From Oculina patagonica (lineage: Eukaryota): 64,000 nt of DNA. How positions within the stretch are numbered: position 1 is the first letter of the stretch; every line of letters starts with the position of its first letter. Below are positions 60,799 through 64,000 of this stretch, one piece after another. A program made the position numbers and the translations under genes. Location of the stretch: assembly GCF_052425735.1 (NCBI RefSeq), contig NC_135761.1, positions 44,144,001-44,208,000 on the forward strand, in the 5' to 3' direction. Under the pieces are notes generated by a model. That model was not told where the DNA came from and ran no database searches. It was given only the letters and a program-made list of their open reading frames with translations.

Positions 60799-62748
60799 GC
60801 TAAGAACCAAAACAAAAACCTGATGTAGGTAGGACGCACGGGCAGTTTTGATTCATTCTCAAACATGCCTACTCTGAGAAACGGACTAAGACAACCCTGA
60901 CGATTCTTTCGAACTAGACATTTCGTTTTAATCTTTATTTCAACACGGTAAAATCATCAGGACTTAAAATACACAATACTTATTTAAAATTACTTTATAC
61001 CTATTTTAAATAATAAATTCAAATTGCATTAGTCGTCTACAATGATATTAAGAAAGGAGGCGATAATAAATCATAATAAAAGAAATGCCTGCTTTCCATG
61101 AATGCCGTGTGATGTTAATATTTTCATTGATTCTAGCCAAAAACGAAACTGCTGCAGCCGGATTTAAAGCTAGTGAGAGTTTGTGCTTGCCGAAGGTCGA
61201 CAGGTAAACTGTTCCACAGCACCGCATCTCTATAGCTAAAACTTTTTTTAAGAAAATTAGTGCGGGGGAGCGGAACAGTAAGTTTACCCGCGGACTCTCT
61301 CAGTGAATAGCTACACGTATCGATTCTATTAGAAAACATTGTCCTCAGGTAGTCAGGTGCAAGACCATTGATTGATTTATAGACCATGACGGCTGTTTTA
61401 AATTTAAATTGGACATCGACTTTATTCCAGCCAAGTCTTGCAATAAGATCATCAGCATTGACACTAGACAAAACTGCTCAAAAACTAAGGACCTGCGAGT
61501 GTGGGCTAAACTTTGATCACCCTTGGACTTGAAGCCTAAGAGTTACCTTGAACAACCTTGGTAACTATAACATTTAACAGCATTCCTCTCCACTTAGTTT
61601 GAGCATCGCCCCCGATGTACATCGAAAATTAGGTGTAAATAAGGCAATAGAAAAACAGAAAAATAGCAAAATTGATAGACATTTTCAATAGTCAAAACAA
61701 AGTAATAAAAAAAGATGAAAAGCTCACAAAGGTAAAATAAACAATTTTGTCTAGCGTCCCAGCGTGTTTAGGAAAGGTTAAATACATTCTTAAGTGATAA
61801 TTTTGATTGATATAAACAATATAAAATAAAATACTTTCCAAAACTGAATATAACGAGATACGCAACCGATATATAGTTTCACTAACAACATAACTACAAT
61901 TTTTTTAGGTATTGTTTTTTTTTTTTTTTTGTTTTTTTTTTCAAGGATTATAAAAATGATGCATATATACGATAAAGAAGTTATAATGGTACACTAAGGA
62001 ATAAAAAAACACATATAAAATTAAATGAACACATCAAAATCATTCATTCCCGGCGTCGAGTTCTAAATTACAAAAATTTAAAAGGGATTAGTAGTGGATC
62101 GCAGGGATTGGTAGTCTGGTGGCTTCATAAATGGAGACTATGTCACGCGTCAAGCCCATATATTCCGTAGACTTGATGGTAAATAAAATATCGCTTAAAG
62201 AATTCTCTCTAAAATCATTAATATAATCGACTGGAAAACGAAGAATTTCCCTGAGGAACCACTCATTGACTCGGGTTCTCCACCAAATATGTTGGATTAC
62301 TATAAGGGGATATTCGGCTCTCTTGTGTAGGAAGGTACCAAGACTCTGGCTGTTTCAGTACTCGTCAAGGATCTTGAATGCACTTCGTCTGCAGCTACTA
62401 AATAACTAACTATAGCGAACTAGTATCCATTCTGATATAGGTATACTGTAGACATGTTTGGGTTTGCTGAGCGTGCAAACTGTTATTGCACATCCCACAG
62501 CATGATTAAACTCGTGAGAACACTCTTGTTAGATGATCAACTAAAGTAGAGAATAACCAATTAAATTTTAATGGTAAACTTCAGAGTTAGACTAAGAACC
62601 CAAACAAGAACATGATGTAGGTGGGACACACGGGCAGATTTGATTACCAAACATGCCTACTCTGAGAAACGTAAAAGGGTGGTATGTTTTTTGAACTAAG
62701 ACAGCCTAAAAACGAACTAAACACTAGACAAAACTGCTCAATACTAAA
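60799..62748. repeat. Dispersed ~150-bp direct repeat (60799-60920 plus 61461-61490, and 62592-62748); the first copy is interrupted by the LINE
   Basis: CTAAGAACC..TGATGTAGGT..CAAACATGCCTACTCTGAGAAACG..CACTAGACAAAACTGCTCAA is present in both. Confidence 0.75.
60925..61462 (-). mobile_element. 3' fragment of a CR1/L2-clade LINE
   Basis: ORF end GLAPDYL...YSLR...PLPRTNFLKKSFSYRDAVLWNSLP is typical of the CR1/L2 ORF2 C-terminus; 3' UTR ends AATAAAGATTAAAA. Confidence 0.85.
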
Positions 62749-63101
62749 CACCTTCAGTTTGCTGGTGTTTTCAACCAGTACAAAACAAATTCACTTGCTT
62801 TCGTCCTTGTTGTGTTCTCTGAAAGTGATGTCGTTACAGTTAGGTAGGTTCTTTTTGATAGCCCCCCCCCCCCCCCCCCTTCAGCCCAAAGAAAAGTAGA
62901 AATATGAGGAATATCTAAAGTGGCTCATGTCTAACGAACAAGTAACCTGTCTGAGCGTAGCTAAACATTTTTCTTTTTGTTGTTATTAGAACGAACATGA
63001 AACAATGAATTTACTTGTGTTATATTGTCGTTCGTATCATTTCTAAATAAAAAAAAGACGCTCTTTGAAAAAAAACACACACGAGGGTCTTAAAAAGTAG
63101 T

Positions 63102-64000
63102 TCATGTCGTAGCAACATGTATCAGTCTTTCCACCTGACCAGCTAAGTCGCCATTGGTATTCACCAACCATCCATACATTGGCATTGGATCCTGATCCAC
63201 TTCACAGATAATATCGCGTTGAAGGACACCTCTTGTGATAAGGTCTGCAACTGCCCGTTCTGCGGCTGTTGTGACTACGCTCATGTCCTGTGGGAATGCT
63301 ATCTGTCCTATAGTAAACGGTCCCATGTAATAGATGGGAGCAAAAGGACCTTGAGCTGCTGGCACCAGGGAGAAATTGTTAATATTAATGAGTGCACCAG
63401 TTGGACGGAAGTAATTGACCCCATCCCTTGTCACCACGTTTGGATGGTCTTCGTGGTTTTGGGACTCCTTGGCATTCCGGAAAGGAACCAAAATCTCTTT
63501 GATAAGCTTCGCTTTTATTAGGGATGTCGTCAGAGGGGAGTAATCTTTCTCAAACGCGGCCTTCTGACCAGTAGCATCAATCATGACATCATGATGGGCC
63601 TCAAAGGTGTAATCTCCGCTTGGTCTCCATGACAGTTTGATGCCACTTCTATCTTTTTCCTCTTCAATTTCATAATTTTTTCCAATCTTTGTAACTTCGA
63701 GATAACGCCCTCTCATAAGAGCCAAGATCTTTTCAGCATTTTGAACTGGGAAGGGCCCAATAAGAAGGTGCAGCTCAGTCTTGATTTCCTCAAACCTGAT
63801 GCGATCTTCTGCTGAGAAGTAGCTGAAAGCTTCGTCGAACGCTACATAAGACTGATAAAATACATTCTGAAGAAGTAGAGGTACACCGGTTTTCAGGCTC
63901 TCTTTCGCCTCGTCAAGCTCTTGGCTTAATCTTTCGACGGGGTCAGTTGTTTGCAGCAACTTTCTCATTTTAAGTACCGCTTCTTCCAGTGGCACCGTTT
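63102..64000 (-). CDS. C-terminal part of a putative FAD/NAD(P)-binding oxidoreductase resembling bacterial YdhS/NAD_binding_9 proteins
   Basis: About 299 uninterrupted codons, open to the window edge; motifs FPVQNAEKILALM, DVMIDATGQ and IYYMGPFTIG. Family assignment is from memory only. Confidence 0.65.
   Translation of the reverse strand, partial: TVPLEEAVLKMRKLLQTTDPVERLSQELDEAKESLKTGVPLLLQNVFYQSYVAFDEAFSYFSAEDRIRFEEIKTELHLLIGPFPVQNAEKILALMRGRYLEVTKIGKNYEIEEEKDRSGIKLSWRPSGDYTFEAHHDVMIDATGQKAAFEKDYSPLTTSLIKAKLIKEILVPFRNAKESQNHEDHPNVVTRDGVNYFRPTGALININNFSLVPAAQGPFAPIYYMGPFTIGQIAFPQDMSVVTTAAERAVADLITRGVLQRDIICEVDQDPMPMYGWLVNTNGDLAGQVERLIHVATT

Noticed and set aside
60913-61470. Apparent 8-bp TSD (ACTAGACA) around the LINE fragment
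   Set aside because: The uninterrupted paralog (~62713-62730, GAACTAAACACTAGACA) already has both half-copies, so the repeat predates the insertion.

Overview
Eukaryotic, AT-rich, intron-containing animal DNA. The repeat families and gene content suggest a cnidarian, probably a stony coral (inference). Genes, left to right: (1) a 5'-incomplete Suppressor of Hairless/RBPJ (CSL) gene on +, 14 exons traced from 1579 to 10547, with a GC-AG last intron; (2) a convergent 7-exon ABCC4/MRP4-like transporter on - (14109-26823), whose intron 5 holds a 5'-truncated but open Penelope-like retroelement with a 14-bp TSD and a hammerhead-like motif; (3) a tandem cluster of six two-exon class A GPCR genes, one frameshifted and one with a rebuilt N-terminus; (4) an intronless ORF running off the right edge that resembles bacterial FAD/NAD(P)-binding (YdhS-like) proteins, a possible horizontal transfer. 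The GPCR units are segmental duplicates, so empty and filled insertion sites can be compared within the window. This shows many MITEs, SINEs, minimal hammerhead-ribozyme cassettes, and three unrelated 'terminal IR + subterminal IR + long terminal hairpin' elements, two carrying Crypton/DUF3504 tyrosine-recombinase remnants. Two of the three occupy the same homologous site in different paralogs. All calls were made by eye; no database searches were run.
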